Shown here: piece after piece, positions 18,861 through 28,285 of the stretch
Layout of the letters: every line of letters starts with the position of its first letter
Position numbering within the stretch: position 1 is the first letter of the stretch
Source: a virus
Lineage: Duplodnaviria; Caudoviricetes
IMG/VR virus record: IMGVR_UViG_3300030376_006242
Reading direction: 5' to 3' (one strand)
DNA: 64,000 nt
Notes under the pieces: generated by a model
Seen by the model: only the letters and a program-made list of their open reading frames with translations
The model's database searches: none
What the model was told of the DNA's origin: nothing
Translations under genes and position numbers: made by a program

Positions 18861-18889
18861 TTGACAATTCAATAAACATATAGTAATAT
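18861..18889 (+). promoter_or_regulatory. Sigma70-type promoter
   Basis: TTGACA-17 nt-TAATAT; ATG follows 7 nt after the -10 box. Confidence 0.7.
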
Positions 18890-18896
18890 AAACTAT

Positions 18897-19535
18897 ATGA
18901 AACACCAAATTATTCCGATGTTTTCGGTTCCTCTATATCAGACAAATATTCCCTCTTTGGATCCTATAGAAGAATCTTGGATAAAAAATTTAAATTTTCC
19001 TCCACAAAGTGTTGGTTTATATGATGCTGAAAATGAAGAGCCAATTAATAAAGGAATGAAAGTTTTAGACCAACCACAACTTAAGAAATTAAGACAACAA
19101 ATTAAAGATGCTGTGGATAATTTTACACAAGATGTTTTAGACATAGAGCAAAAATTTGAATTTACAACAAGTTGGGTAAACAAATACGGTAAAGCAGATT
19201 TAAATCATCAGCATTCACATCCAAATTCAATGATCAGTGGTGTCTATTATATTGAGAGTGATGAAACATCATCACCTATCATTTTTAACAAACCATACTT
19301 TTTCACAAATTTATTTCATGAAACAATAAAACCAACTTTTAAAAATAAAAACAACAATCAATACAATCTTGATTACTATGGATTCAAGCCTAAAACAGGA
19401 GATTTATATCTTTTCCCATCTTGGTTAGAACACACAGTACCTCCACAAGAAGTTGACAAGGAAAGATGGAGTTTAGCATTCAACTGTTTTGCTAGAGGTA
19501 AGTTAGGATCAGGCACTAAACAATTACAATTATGA
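18897..19535 (+). CDS. Putative 2OG-Fe(II) oxygenase (phage TIGR02466-like)
   Basis: SWVN, HQHSHPNSMISGVYY, LFPSWLEHTV and RWSLAFN. Confidence 0.8.
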   Translation: MKHQIIPMFSVPLYQTNIPSLDPIEESWIKNLNFPPQSVGLYDAENEEPINKGMKVLDQPQLKKLRQQIKDAVDNFTQDVLDIEQKFEFTTSWVNKYGKADLNHQHSHPNSMISGVYYIESDETSSPIIFNKPYFFTNLFHETIKPTFKNKNNNQYNLDYYGFKPKTGDLYLFPSWLEHTVPPQEVDKERWSLAFNCFARGKLGSGTKQLQL

Positions 19536-20158
19536 TTATAGGAATATGCGGACTGATAGGTTCAGGCAAAGACACCATTGCTGACTTTTTAGTAAAAGAA
19601 CACAACTTTCAAAAATTATCTTTTGCTGACAAATTAAAAGACAGTGTGGCTGAAATGTTTGAATGGGACAGACAGTTGCTGGATGGTAAAACAGATGAAA
19701 GCAGAGCATGGCGTGAAAAGTCCGATGAATTTTGGAGTAAAGAAATGGGTAGAGACATCACTCCTAGATATGTGCTTCAAGTGTTTGGCACAGAATGTAT
19801 GCGTGATGGATTCTATGATGGAGTATGGGTAAGTTTAGCAAAAAAGAAAATTTTAGACAATCCTGATATCAACTGGGTAATACCAGATGTGCGTTTTGAA
19901 AATGAAGCAAACATGATTAAAGAAATCAACGGTGAAGTTTGGTGGGTAAAACGAGGACAAATTCCTATATGGTTTAAAATGTATCAGGATATAGGTCAAA
20001 AACCTAAAGACGTACATCCTTCAGAGTGGGCATGGGCAAATACTGATTTCACATCAGAATTGACTAATAATGGCACTATTGCTGAACTTAAAAATCAGGT
20101 ACAAGATCGCCTTGTTGCCAACGGATTCCTTCAAGGTGCAAGGATCTTTGGCAATTAG
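19532..20158 (+). CDS. Deoxynucleoside monophosphate kinase (T4 gp1-like)
   Basis: GICGLIGSGKDT P-loop, SFADKLKD, TPRYVLQVFGTE, IPDVRFENE and HPSE. Confidence 0.88.
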   Translation: MIIGICGLIGSGKDTIADFLVKEHNFQKLSFADKLKDSVAEMFEWDRQLLDGKTDESRAWREKSDEFWSKEMGRDITPRYVLQVFGTECMRDGFYDGVWVSLAKKKILDNPDINWVIPDVRFENEANMIKEINGEVWWVKRGQIPIWFKMYQDIGQKPKDVHPSEWAWANTDFTSELTNNGTIAELKNQVQDRLVANGFLQGARIFGN

Positions 20159-20429
20159 CACACACAGTTTTTAAATTATTGAACCTACAGTTGTGTAAAT
20201 TACCATCCACATGAAACACATTAAAATGCTGTTTGAATTTGCTTGAGTGTCCACACTTGTCACATTTTTGCTTTAATCTGTATCCTGCTATATACCATTT
20301 GGGTTGATAACCACTAGGTCCACCATACTTCAAGCACATCTCACATTGCTTTCTATAATATGTTTTGCCTGCCTTTTTATAGTTCACAGCAGAAGGTCTT
20401 TCTTTACATTTTGTACATAATGGTCTCAT
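20088..20429 (-). CDS. Zn-binding HNH-like protein
   Basis: CTKC...CEMC, CDKCG and HVDGNLHNCRFNNLKTVCANC; TAAATA lies 7 nt upstream of the ATG. Confidence 0.65.
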   Translation of the reverse strand: MRPLCTKCKERPSAVNYKKAGKTYYRKQCEMCLKYGGPSGYQPKWYIAGYRLKQKCDKCGHSSKFKQHFNVFHVDGNLHNCRFNNLKTVCANCQRSLHLEGIRWQQGDLVPDF

Positions 20430-20502
20430 ACGACAGTATTTACCTGCCCTTTCCTACCCCTTTTCTTGGTATAGTAATACAGCACGATTTGGGTATTCGT
20501 CA

Positions 20503-20508
20503 TAAATA
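20503..20508 (+). promoter_or_regulatory. T4-late-like promoter core for the tail sheath gene
   Basis: CATAAATAC upstream of an AGGAG SD and the sheath ATG. Confidence 0.6.
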
Positions 20509-20548
20509 CTAGCAATAAAGTTTTACACTTTAATAGGAGATAAAAAAA

Positions 20549-23500
20549 ATGGCATTAGTTTCACCAGGAGTACAGGTTAGTGTAATAGACGAAAGTTTCT
20601 ACACACCAGCAGAACCGGGCACAGTCCCAATGATATTTGTTGCTTCGGCACAAGATAAAACAAACAGTTCCGGAACAGGAACAGCAGAAGGTACAAAAGC
20701 GGCAAACGCCGGCAAAGCGTACTTAATGACTTCACAAAGAGAATTAGCAGAAACATTCGGTGATCCAGTATTTAAAACTGACGCAAATAATAATCCTATC
20801 AATGGTGGTGAAACAAATGAATACGGATTACAAGCGGCTTATTCATACTTGGGTGTTGCCAACAGAGCATATGTTGTAAGAGCAGATGTTGACTTAGGTC
20901 AATTAGAAGCATCAGCAACAGCACCAGCGGCAAATCCAGAATCAGGAACTTACTGGTTTGACACAGCAACTTCTAAATTCGGAATATTTGAATGGAATGG
21001 TGCTTCAGCATCAACAACTGGTGGACAAAGTTTTAGCAATAAAGTTCCACACGTAATTACAGATTCAACACTATTAGTAACTGGTACAGATCGTCCTAAG
21101 ACTTCTTTTGGACAAGCAGGAGATTATGCAATCTCGGCTACAACAGATGCTAACACAATGTGGTTTAAAAAATACGATGGTACTTGGAAAGGCGTAGGAA
21201 CAGCAGATTGGACTGCTTCGAACCCAACAGCATCAGGTAACACAGCAACAGCAGGTTACACAGGTGTAATTGGTTCAGGAACGAATTTCCAAATCACTAT
21301 AAACGGCGGCGCAACTACAATTACAACATCGGGTACAACGGTAGCAGATGTGGCGTCAGATATTACAGGAGCAGGTGTTTCAGGTTTATCAGCAAGAGCA
21401 GTTGGTGGTTTACTTCAAGTTTACTACGATGGCTCAAATGATCAAGACATTATCTTTACAGATGGAACACTAGACACAGGTGTAGCACTAGGTATTGAAG
21501 CAGGTACATATTACGTACCATCATTATCTGTTGCTCCACATACTTCAGTTCCAGAATTTAAATCAACTGACACAAACCCAAGACCAACAGGTTCTTTATG
21601 GGTTAAAACAACAACACCTAACGCAGGTGCTAGTTGGATGGTTAAAAAATTCAATGGTACAACTAAATTATGGGAAGAAGTACCAGCACCAATTTACGAA
21701 AGTAATGAACAAGCACTTTACAATTTAGACAGAGTGGGTGGTGGTTTAAATCTTGCTGTAGGCAGTTTATACATTGACTGGCAACAAGAATCAAGTGGAC
21801 TAATTCAAACAATTATGAGAAGAGAGTCTACAGGCTCAACAAAAATTACAGGTACAGCAGTAGCAACTGGTATTACAGCAGGTAGTAAAACATTTACGAT
21901 TGCTGAATCAATTGTTGGTCAAGCGGCTTTAAATTCTGCTGTAACAGTTTCAGTTTCACCAACAGGTGCGGCAACTGATGCTGATTTAATAGCAGGTGCT
22001 ATTAACGGTTCAGGATTCACAAACATTGTAGCAAGTGTTGATTCTTCAAACAGAATCGTAATAGAACACAACGATGGTGGTGAGTTTGTAATTACTGACA
22101 CAAACGGAACATTAGGCGAAGCAGGTTTCACTGCTTACAATTACACAACAAAAGCAGGTACAGCCAACTTATACGCAGATGGTTCAAACCTAAGAGCAAG
22201 TAATTGGAAAATTTTAACTTATACAGCAAGTGCCAACGCAGTAACAACAACTGCGGCAGATGGTCAATTATGGTACAGTTCAATTGTTGATGAAGTTGAT
22301 ATTATGTATCACAACGGTACAGACTGGAAAGGTTATTCAGCAGTATCAAGTTCAGACCCAGCAGGTCCACAAGTTTCAGCAACTGCTCCGACTACACAAT
22401 CAGATGGAACAGCACTTGTTGAAGGCGACTTATGGATTTCAACAGCAGATTTAGAAAACTATCCATTAGTTTACAAATGGAACGCAACATCTTTAAGTTG
22501 GATACAAGTTGACACAACTGATCAAACAACAGAAAATGGAATGCTATTTGCTGATGCTAGATTCGGTACAACGGGTGGTTCAACAACAGTTGCTCCATCA
22601 AGCACAATAGCAGAATTATTAGCAAGTGATTACTTAGACCCAGATGCTCCAGATCCAGCATTATATCCAAAAGGTATGTTGTTATGGAACACAAGACGTT
22701 CAGGTTTCAATGTTAAGAAATTTGTAAGAAACAGCATAGATGTTACAGCAAAAAACACTAGAGGTACAGATGCTGATACATTAATGACAAATTACTATCC
22801 ACATAGATGGGTAACTGAATCGGCTAACCAAGCAGATGGTTCAGGTTCATTTGGTAGAAAAGCACAACGTAAAGTTATTGTACAATCTTTACAAGCAATG
22901 TTAAACTCTAATCAAGAAATTAGAGATGACGAATCAAGATTGTTTAACTTAATGGCAACACCAGGTTATCCAGAATTGATTGGTGAAATGATTTCATTAA
23001 ACAATGACAGAGGCTTGTCAGCATTTATACTAGGTGACTCACCAATGAGATTAACACCAGATGCAACAAGTTTACAAAACTGGGCAACAAACGTTAACCA
23101 AGCAGTTGAAGACAATGACAAAGGTTTAGTAAGCACAGATGAATATCTTGGTGTGTTTTATCCATCAGGATTTACTTCAGACAACTTTGGAAACAATGTT
23201 GTAGTTCCAGCATCACACATGATGTTAAGAACTATTGCTTTAAGTGACCAAGTTTCTTTCCCATGGTTTGCTCCAGCAGGAACAAGAAGAGGTGGTATAA
23301 CTAACGCAACATCAACAGGTTACATCAACAACGAAGGCGAATTTGAAGCAACAGCATTAAACGAAGGTCAAAGAGACACATTGTACACAAACAATGTAAA
23401 CCCAATCACTTTCATTACAGGTGCTGGTTTAGTAAACTACGGACAAAAAACTAGATTTGCTGGAAGTTCTGCACTAGACAGAATCAACGTTGCTAGATTA

Positions 23501-23794
23501 GTAATTTACTTAAGAAGTCAGTTAAACAAACTAGCAAGACCATATGTGTTTGAACCAAATGATAAAATCACAAGAGATGAAATCAAGGCTCAAGCAGAAA
23601 GTTTATTACTTGAACTAGTTGGTAACAGAGCGATTTTTGATTTCTTAGTTGTGTGTGATGAATCAAACAACACACCTACAAGAATAGACAGAAACGAGTT
23701 GTACTTGGATATTGCTATTGAACCAGTCAAAGCAGTAGAGTTCATCTACGTACCATTAAGATTGAAAAACACTGGTGAAATAGCAGGATTATAA
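20549..23794 (+). CDS. Contractile tail sheath protein (gp18-like), 1081 aa
   Basis: MALVSPGVQVSVIDES N-terminus; PWFAPAGTRRG, RDTLYTNNVNPI, GQKT, ALDRINVARL, FEPND, VVCDESNNT and IEPVKAVEFIYVP. Confidence 0.95.
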   Translation: MALVSPGVQVSVIDESFYTPAEPGTVPMIFVASAQDKTNSSGTGTAEGTKAANAGKAYLMTSQRELAETFGDPVFKTDANNNPINGGETNEYGLQAAYSYLGVANRAYVVRADVDLGQLEASATAPAANPESGTYWFDTATSKFGIFEWNGASASTTGGQSFSNKVPHVITDSTLLVTGTDRPKTSFGQAGDYAISATTDANTMWFKKYDGTWKGVGTADWTASNPTASGNTATAGYTGVIGSGTNFQITINGGATTITTSGTTVADVASDITGAGVSGLSARAVGGLLQVYYDGSNDQDIIFTDGTLDTGVALGIEAGTYYVPSLSVAPHTSVPEFKSTDTNPRPTGSLWVKTTTPNAGASWMVKKFNGTTKLWEEVPAPIYESNEQALYNLDRVGGGLNLAVGSLYIDWQQESSGLIQTIMRRESTGSTKITGTAVATGITAGSKTFTIAESIVGQAALNSAVTVSVSPTGAATDADLIAGAINGSGFTNIVASVDSSNRIVIEHNDGGEFVITDTNGTLGEAGFTAYNYTTKAGTANLYADGSNLRASNWKILTYTASANAVTTTAADGQLWYSSIVDEVDIMYHNGTDWKGYSAVSSSDPAGPQVSATAPTTQSDGTALVEGDLWISTADLENYPLVYKWNATSLSWIQVDTTDQTTENGMLFADARFGTTGGSTTVAPSSTIAELLASDYLDPDAPDPALYPKGMLLWNTRRSGFNVKKFVRNSIDVTAKNTRGTDADTLMTNYYPHRWVTESANQADGSGSFGRKAQRKVIVQSLQAMLNSNQEIRDDESRLFNLMATPGYPELIGEMISLNNDRGLSAFILGDSPMRLTPDATSLQNWATNVNQAVEDNDKGLVSTDEYLGVFYPSGFTSDNFGNNVVVPASHMMLRTIALSDQVSFPWFAPAGTRRGGITNATSTGYINNEGEFEATALNEGQRDTLYTNNVNPITFITGAGLVNYGQKTRFAGSSALDRINVARLVIYLRSQLNKLARPYVFEPNDKITRDEIKAQAESLLLELVGNRAIFDFLVVCDESNNTPTRIDRNELYLDIAIEPVKAVEFIYVPLRLKNTGEIAGL

Positions 23795-23798
23795 TAGA

Positions 23799-23804
23799 TA
23801 AATA
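23799..23804 (+). promoter_or_regulatory. T4-late-like promoter core for the tail tube gene
   Basis: GATAAATAT followed by an AGGAG SD. Confidence 0.6.
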
Positions 23805-23819
23805 TTATAGGAGAAACAA

Positions 23820-24446
23820 ATGAGTATATCTACACTATCAAAAATTACAGTACCTTTAGACAGTAACCAATCTGCTTCTAACCAAGGTCTGTTAATGCCA
23901 AAGTTACAGTATCGTTTTAGAGTATCACTTGAAAACTTTGGTGTATCTACACCGACTACTGAACTTACAAAACAAGTTGTAGATATCACAAGACCTAATT
24001 TAAGTTTTGAAACAACAACTATTGATGTTTACAACTCTAAAGTATATCTAGCAGGTAAACACACATGGGAAACTGTTACACTAACATTAAGAGAAGATGT
24101 CAGCAACAACGTACAAAAACTTGTTGGTGAACAATTACAGAAACAATTTGACTTCTTTGAAATGAGTGCGGCGGCTTCAGGTTCAGACTACAAATTCGTA
24201 ACAAGAATAGAAATTACAGACGGCGCAAACGGTGCCAACACAGTGAATGTTTTAGAAACATTTGAACTGTATGGTTGCTACATTGAATCAGCAAACTACA
24301 ATCAATTAGCATATCAAACAAGTGAACCTGTGACTGTAACGTTAGCATTAAGATACGACAATGCTATCCAAACTCCACAAGGAACAGGTGTTGGAACTGC
24401 TGTAGGCAGAACTGTAAACACTTTAATTACAGGCGGCGGCGCTTAA
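23820..24446 (+). CDS. Tail tube protein (gp19-like)
   Basis: PKLQYRFRV, YLAGKHTWETVTLTLRED and VTLALRYDNA; directly follows the sheath gene. Confidence 0.85.
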   Translation: MSISTLSKITVPLDSNQSASNQGLLMPKLQYRFRVSLENFGVSTPTTELTKQVVDITRPNLSFETTTIDVYNSKVYLAGKHTWETVTLTLREDVSNNVQKLVGEQLQKQFDFFEMSAAASGSDYKFVTRIEITDGANGANTVNVLETFELYGCYIESANYNQLAYQTSEPVTVTLALRYDNAIQTPQGTGVGTAVGRTVNTLITGGGA

Positions 24447-24472
24447 TAATCATTAGCAATTATAAATTCAGG

Positions 24473-24495
24473 AAGGGGGCTCAGGCCCCTTTTTT
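24473..24495 (+). terminator. Rho-independent terminator
   Basis: GGGGC-TCAG-GCCCC stem followed by T6. Confidence 0.85.
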
Positions 24496-24520
24496 GTTAT
24501 AACCAAGGAGGATAACCCCC

Positions 24521-24640
24521 ATGAAGAAAATGTTGAAAAACAAAAAACTATGGATCGGTATTGCGGTTCTAGTAATCGTGATTGGTGTGGCAATGTTAAC
24601 TGGCGATTCAACACCAGTTGATGCTACTACACAAGGCTAA
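24521..24640 (+). CDS. Small single-pass membrane peptide (39 aa, not in the ORF track)
   Basis: MKKMLKNKKLWIGIAVLVIVIGVAMLTGDSTPVDATTQG, with a strong AAGGAGG SD upstream. Confidence 0.75.
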   Translation: MKKMLKNKKLWIGIAVLVIVIGVAMLTGDSTPVDATTQG

Positions 24641-24656
24641 TCCTAATATAACAGTG

Positions 24657-24689
24657 CTTAAGGCGGCTTTATAGTTGCCTTAAGTTTTT
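24657..24689 (+). terminator. Rho-independent terminator
   Basis: CTTAAGGCGGCT-TTAT-AGTTGCCTTAAG stem (with G-U pairs) followed by T5. Confidence 0.75.
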
Positions 24690-24713
24690 AATACTACCGC
24701 TTTTTCCCTTACA

Positions 24714-24719
24714 TAAATA
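24714..24719 (+). promoter_or_regulatory. T4-late-like promoter core
   Basis: CATAAATAC; ATG 6 nt downstream, no SD. Confidence 0.6.
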
Positions 24720-24725
24720 CTGTAT

Positions 24726-25859
24726 ATGGCAAATTTACTAAAAGGTTTTTTAGACAATGTGTTCAAAGGAACACTAAATCCCAAAGGAAATCTAGCAGAT
24801 TTCAGCCATGCTTCTAGGCTTTATGTTGATGACAGTTTTAGATTAGCACCCAAACAAAAATTTTTATATCATGTGGTTTTCAATATTAATCCACAAGCGG
24901 CAATTACAGATCCGCCATTAAGTAATCATCAAAGAGAATTGAATATGCTTGTAAAAGCAGTAGACTTACCACAATACACTGTGGATATGATCACTGCACA
25001 ACAATACAACATTAAAAGAAAAGTACAAACTAAAATTTCATATGATCCTATAAACATTACATTTCATGATGATAATTATGGCGTCACAACAGCATTATGG
25101 GAAACATACTATAGGTATTACTTCAATGACGGAAATTATGGTTCTAAAGATACAGTAGGAAATCAGTCTAGCAGTACAGAAAGACCTTACAGTAAAATAG
25201 GTGGACTACACAATAGTAAAAATACAAAAAATAGATTTGGTTTAGATAATGATGCCAATATTCCTTTTTTTACAAGCATTCAAATTTATCAGATGGCAAG
25301 AAAAACTTATACTTGTTACACATTGGTAAATCCTATTATTCAAAGATGGCAACATGATTCAATGAACAATCAAGAAAATGCTCCTGTACAAAATCAAATG
25401 GTTGTAGAATATGAAGCAGTATTTTATTCAAGAGGTAGAGTACAAGCCAATGGTGCTCCAGCAGGTTTTGGAAAAGAACATTACGACAAAACTCCTTCAC
25501 CTAATTCATTATCAGGTGGTGGCTCTACAAGTTTATTAGGCACAGGCGGTGTGTTATCAGGATTGTTCGGTGAGAATGATGGCCCATATACTTACATTGG
25601 AAGTCAACTTGGTTCTAGCAGAGGAAAAATAACTTTAGGATCAATAATAAGAACAGCAAACAGATTAAAAAATGCTAAAAATTTATCTAAAGAAGGTTTG
25701 AGGCAAGAAGGTTTCAACATTCTTACAGGTGCAATAGGAAGAATTGGAAACACTTCTGATCAAGCATATGGAGTACCAAATACGTTTATAGGTAGAAGTG
25801 CTTCAAATATTGGATCAGGATTAAAAGCAGTAACAAAAGCATTAATAAAAAGGAACTAA
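24726..25859 (+). CDS. Tail-tube-fold baseplate/tube initiator protein (gp54/gp48-like)
   Basis: PKQKFLYHVVF, VKAVDLP, YDPINITFHDD and LVNPIIQRW tube-like motifs; follows the tube gene. Confidence 0.55.
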   Translation: MANLLKGFLDNVFKGTLNPKGNLADFSHASRLYVDDSFRLAPKQKFLYHVVFNINPQAAITDPPLSNHQRELNMLVKAVDLPQYTVDMITAQQYNIKRKVQTKISYDPINITFHDDNYGVTTALWETYYRYYFNDGNYGSKDTVGNQSSSTERPYSKIGGLHNSKNTKNRFGLDNDANIPFFTSIQIYQMARKTYTCYTLVNPIIQRWQHDSMNNQENAPVQNQMVVEYEAVFYSRGRVQANGAPAGFGKEHYDKTPSPNSLSGGGSTSLLGTGGVLSGLFGENDGPYTYIGSQLGSSRGKITLGSIIRTANRLKNAKNLSKEGLRQEGFNILTGAIGRIGNTSDQAYGVPNTFIGRSASNIGSGLKAVTKALIKRN

Positions 25860-26221
25860 TGAGTAATTTACCTAAACAAAACAATGACAGCAATCAACCT
25901 GTAAAAGAATTTTTTAATAATTATTTTAACGAAACAATTTCTTTTCCAAGTAATGATGTTGACGCAGTCGTAGGTTATTTTGAATCACGAGGATTTGATA
26001 GAACTGCTAGTATATCAACAGCAACAGTAATATTACAACAGGCTAAAATTGACGGAGTAAAAGTATTTGAATTATTGGATACTTTGAAAGGCATGGACAA
26101 AGTTCAATTAAGTTATATCGTTACAGAAATTTTAAACCACAATAGGTCCAACACATCATCACTTGGATACAAAGTTAAAACTGAAAACAGCCTTTCAGAA
26201 AAACGTAACATAGTGGTATAA
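25859..26221 (+). CDS. Hypothetical protein
   Basis: 120-aa ORF coupled to the upstream gene (TAATG). Confidence 0.6.
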   Translation: MSNLPKQNNDSNQPVKEFFNNYFNETISFPSNDVDAVVGYFESRGFDRTASISTATVILQQAKIDGVKVFELLDTLKGMDKVQLSYIVTEILNHNRSNTSSLGYKVKTENSLSEKRNIVV

Positions 26222-26225
26222 TCCA

Positions 26226-26657
26226 ATGGCGAAGTTCGCTCAAGGAAGATTTCAAATAAAAAATCCTGACAAGTATGTTGGTGGTAGAACACCTTTATAT
26301 CGAAGTAGTTGGGAATTTGCTTTTATGAGATTTTGTGATGAAAGTCCTAGTATATCTAAATGGGCAAACGAATCAATACGTATTCCTTACAAACATCCAC
26401 TCACAGGAAAATTTACAATATATGTGCCAGATTTTTTTATTGCTTACACAGATAAAAATGGAAGACCCCATGCAGAAGTAATTGAGATTAAACCAGAAAA
26501 TCAAACATTGACCGAAAAGGTTGGCAAAAACAAATACAATCAAGCACAACTGATTATTAACAAAGCAAAATGGATGAGTGCTCAAATGTGGTGCAAGAAT
26601 AAAGGATTCAGATTTAGAGTAATAAACGAAAAAGACATTTTCCACGGTACCAAATAA
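26226..26657 (+). CDS. Head completion nuclease (T4 gp4-like, TnsA-type PD-(D/E)xK)
   Basis: KNPDKYVG, YRSSWE, WANE, YVPDF, IEIKP, NKAKW and FRVINE. Confidence 0.85.
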   Translation: MAKFAQGRFQIKNPDKYVGGRTPLYRSSWEFAFMRFCDESPSISKWANESIRIPYKHPLTGKFTIYVPDFFIAYTDKNGRPHAEVIEIKPENQTLTEKVGKNKYNQAQLIINKAKWMSAQMWCKNKGFRFRVINEKDIFHGTK

Positions 26658-26699
26658 GTTTTTCGGTGACCATGGGGTACACTAAATAAAATTACATTT

Positions 26700-27251
26700 A
26701 TGACCAAAAAATTAGAAGAACTACTCAACCTTCCAGAGTCGCAGGAAATAGTAAAAGAAGAACAAGCGAAATCTAAGGCTGAAGACGAAAAAGCACAAAA
26801 GAAATCTCAAAGTATTGACCAACAAAAAAGCACAATGAGAGATATTGCTGAGTTTGATAAAATTGCCGCGGCATTACCAAAAGTTGAAGGCTTAGGAGAA
26901 ATGGGTGATTCTGAATTGGATGATGTGGGTACTAGAGCAATCAATGCCTATGAGGACTTAATGGATTTAGGAATGAATGTAGAAAGTAGATACTCTGCTC
27001 GTATATTTGAAGTAGCAGGCAATATGTTGAAGACAACACTTGACGCCAAAGTCGCAAAAATGGATAAAAAGTTGAAGATGGTTGATTTACAACTTAAAAA
27101 GCAAAAACAAGACCAAAAAGCGGGAGATTCCGACACTAATGTGGTACAAGGCGAGGGATATGTGATATCAGACCGTAACAGTTTATTGGAAAAACTTAAA
27201 AAGATGGATAAATACAACAAAGCAGAAAAAGATGACAAAAATGACAAGTAA
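26700..27251 (+). CDS. Putative terminase small subunit (gp16-like)
   Basis: Helical DLMDLGMNVESRYSARIFEVAGNMLK...DRNSLLEKLK pattern; lies upstream of the large terminase. Confidence 0.55.
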   Translation: MTKKLEELLNLPESQEIVKEEQAKSKAEDEKAQKKSQSIDQQKSTMRDIAEFDKIAAALPKVEGLGEMGDSELDDVGTRAINAYEDLMDLGMNVESRYSARIFEVAGNMLKTTLDAKVAKMDKKLKMVDLQLKKQKQDQKAGDSDTNVVQGEGYVISDRNSLLEKLKKMDKYNKAEKDDKNDK

Positions 27252-27825
27252 ATTTGAACAATATCTAGCAGAAAGCACAAAAACGTACCCATTCAAAATT
27301 GGGGTAGCGGGTGATTTGCCAGAAGGTTTCGCTGACACTTTAGAATCAGCACTAGCAAAATTCGTAGTTGTTAAAATGAGCAACGGTAAAAAAACTCCAA
27401 TACAAAAAAGACCATTGGATTTTCCTGCTTTAGAAAACGAAAGAACAACCTACTTTGAAACAGAATTACAATACCCAACAACAACACAAGTTCTACAACA
27501 ATACATCAAAACATACACTGATCTTCCTGAAAGTCATATTATTGTGAGAAATCCAAATGAGCCTCAAGAAGAGTACCAAGCAGAAAAAGATGATGCTCCA
27601 TACGAAGCAAAATTAAATTCAGCATATGAAGACAGCAAAGACGAACAAAAGTCAGCAGGTACAAGCAGAGTAATGGATTTATTAAAGGAATTAGAAAAAG
27701 AAAGAAAAGAAAGATCAGCACCAGATGCCGCAGGTGATATCAAACCAGGCGGTAACGTTATGCCAAATGAAGGCGACAGCAAAAACAAAATGTCACCTAT
27801 TTCAGGCAAGTCGAAAGGTAAATAA
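27241..27825 (+). CDS. Hypothetical head-internal/prohead protein
   Basis: N-terminus MTSKFEQYLAE resembles T4 capsid-targeting leaders; the remainder is acidic. Confidence 0.5.
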   Translation: MTSKFEQYLAESTKTYPFKIGVAGDLPEGFADTLESALAKFVVVKMSNGKKTPIQKRPLDFPALENERTTYFETELQYPTTTQVLQQYIKTYTDLPESHIIVRNPNEPQEEYQAEKDDAPYEAKLNSAYEDSKDEQKSAGTSRVMDLLKELEKERKERSAPDAAGDIKPGGNVMPNEGDSKNKMSPISGKSKGK

Positions 27826-27829
27826 TAAC

Positions 27830-28285
27830 ATGGACATAAGAGATTTTTTAACAAAAATTGATGCTATTCAAAATAAAGAGCAAATGAAAGAAGATGTAAA
27901 GAAAATACATCTTAACGAAGCATCACAAGTAATGTTGTATGGAGATACTCCAGAAGACATGAATGCTATCGCACAAATTTTCAAAAACGCAGGAGTAACT
28001 CCTCCAGCACCAGTTGAAGGTCCAAAGCCAGAAGAAGCAGAAGCAGAAGAAGTTTCAGCAACTGAAGAAGTTCCAGGCAAAGCAACAACAACACCTAATC
28101 CTGAGTACAAAGACACACAGTACATGACTAAAGATTTATCAGGTGGTCCAAACAGAATTCAAAAAACTTATCCAAAAGTTGCAGGTGGAGATAATCCAAT
28201 GGCAATTAAAACGGATGAAGAAATTGAATCTTCAATTAAAGAAGCACTAGTTCAAGCATACCAAGACTTCAAAAAAAAAGACTAG
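27830..28285 (+). CDS. Hypothetical acidic head-internal/scaffold-like protein; possible frameshift extension to 28437
   Basis: TAAATA 5 nt before the ATG at 27830; ends in TTC AAA AAA AAA GAC TAG with an open -1 frame beyond. Confidence 0.6.
   Translation: MDIRDFLTKIDAIQNKEQMKEDVKKIHLNEASQVMLYGDTPEDMNAIAQIFKNAGVTPPAPVEGPKPEEAEAEEVSATEEVPGKATTTPNPEYKDTQYMTKDLSGGPNRIQKTYPKVAGGDNPMAIKTDEEIESSIKEALVQAYQDFKKKD

Noticed and set aside
28283-28285. TAG readthrough or stop-codon reassignment
   Set aside because: In-frame readthrough gives only a short low-complexity tail. Genes throughout are full length under code 11, and TAG/TGA end genes at sensible places.
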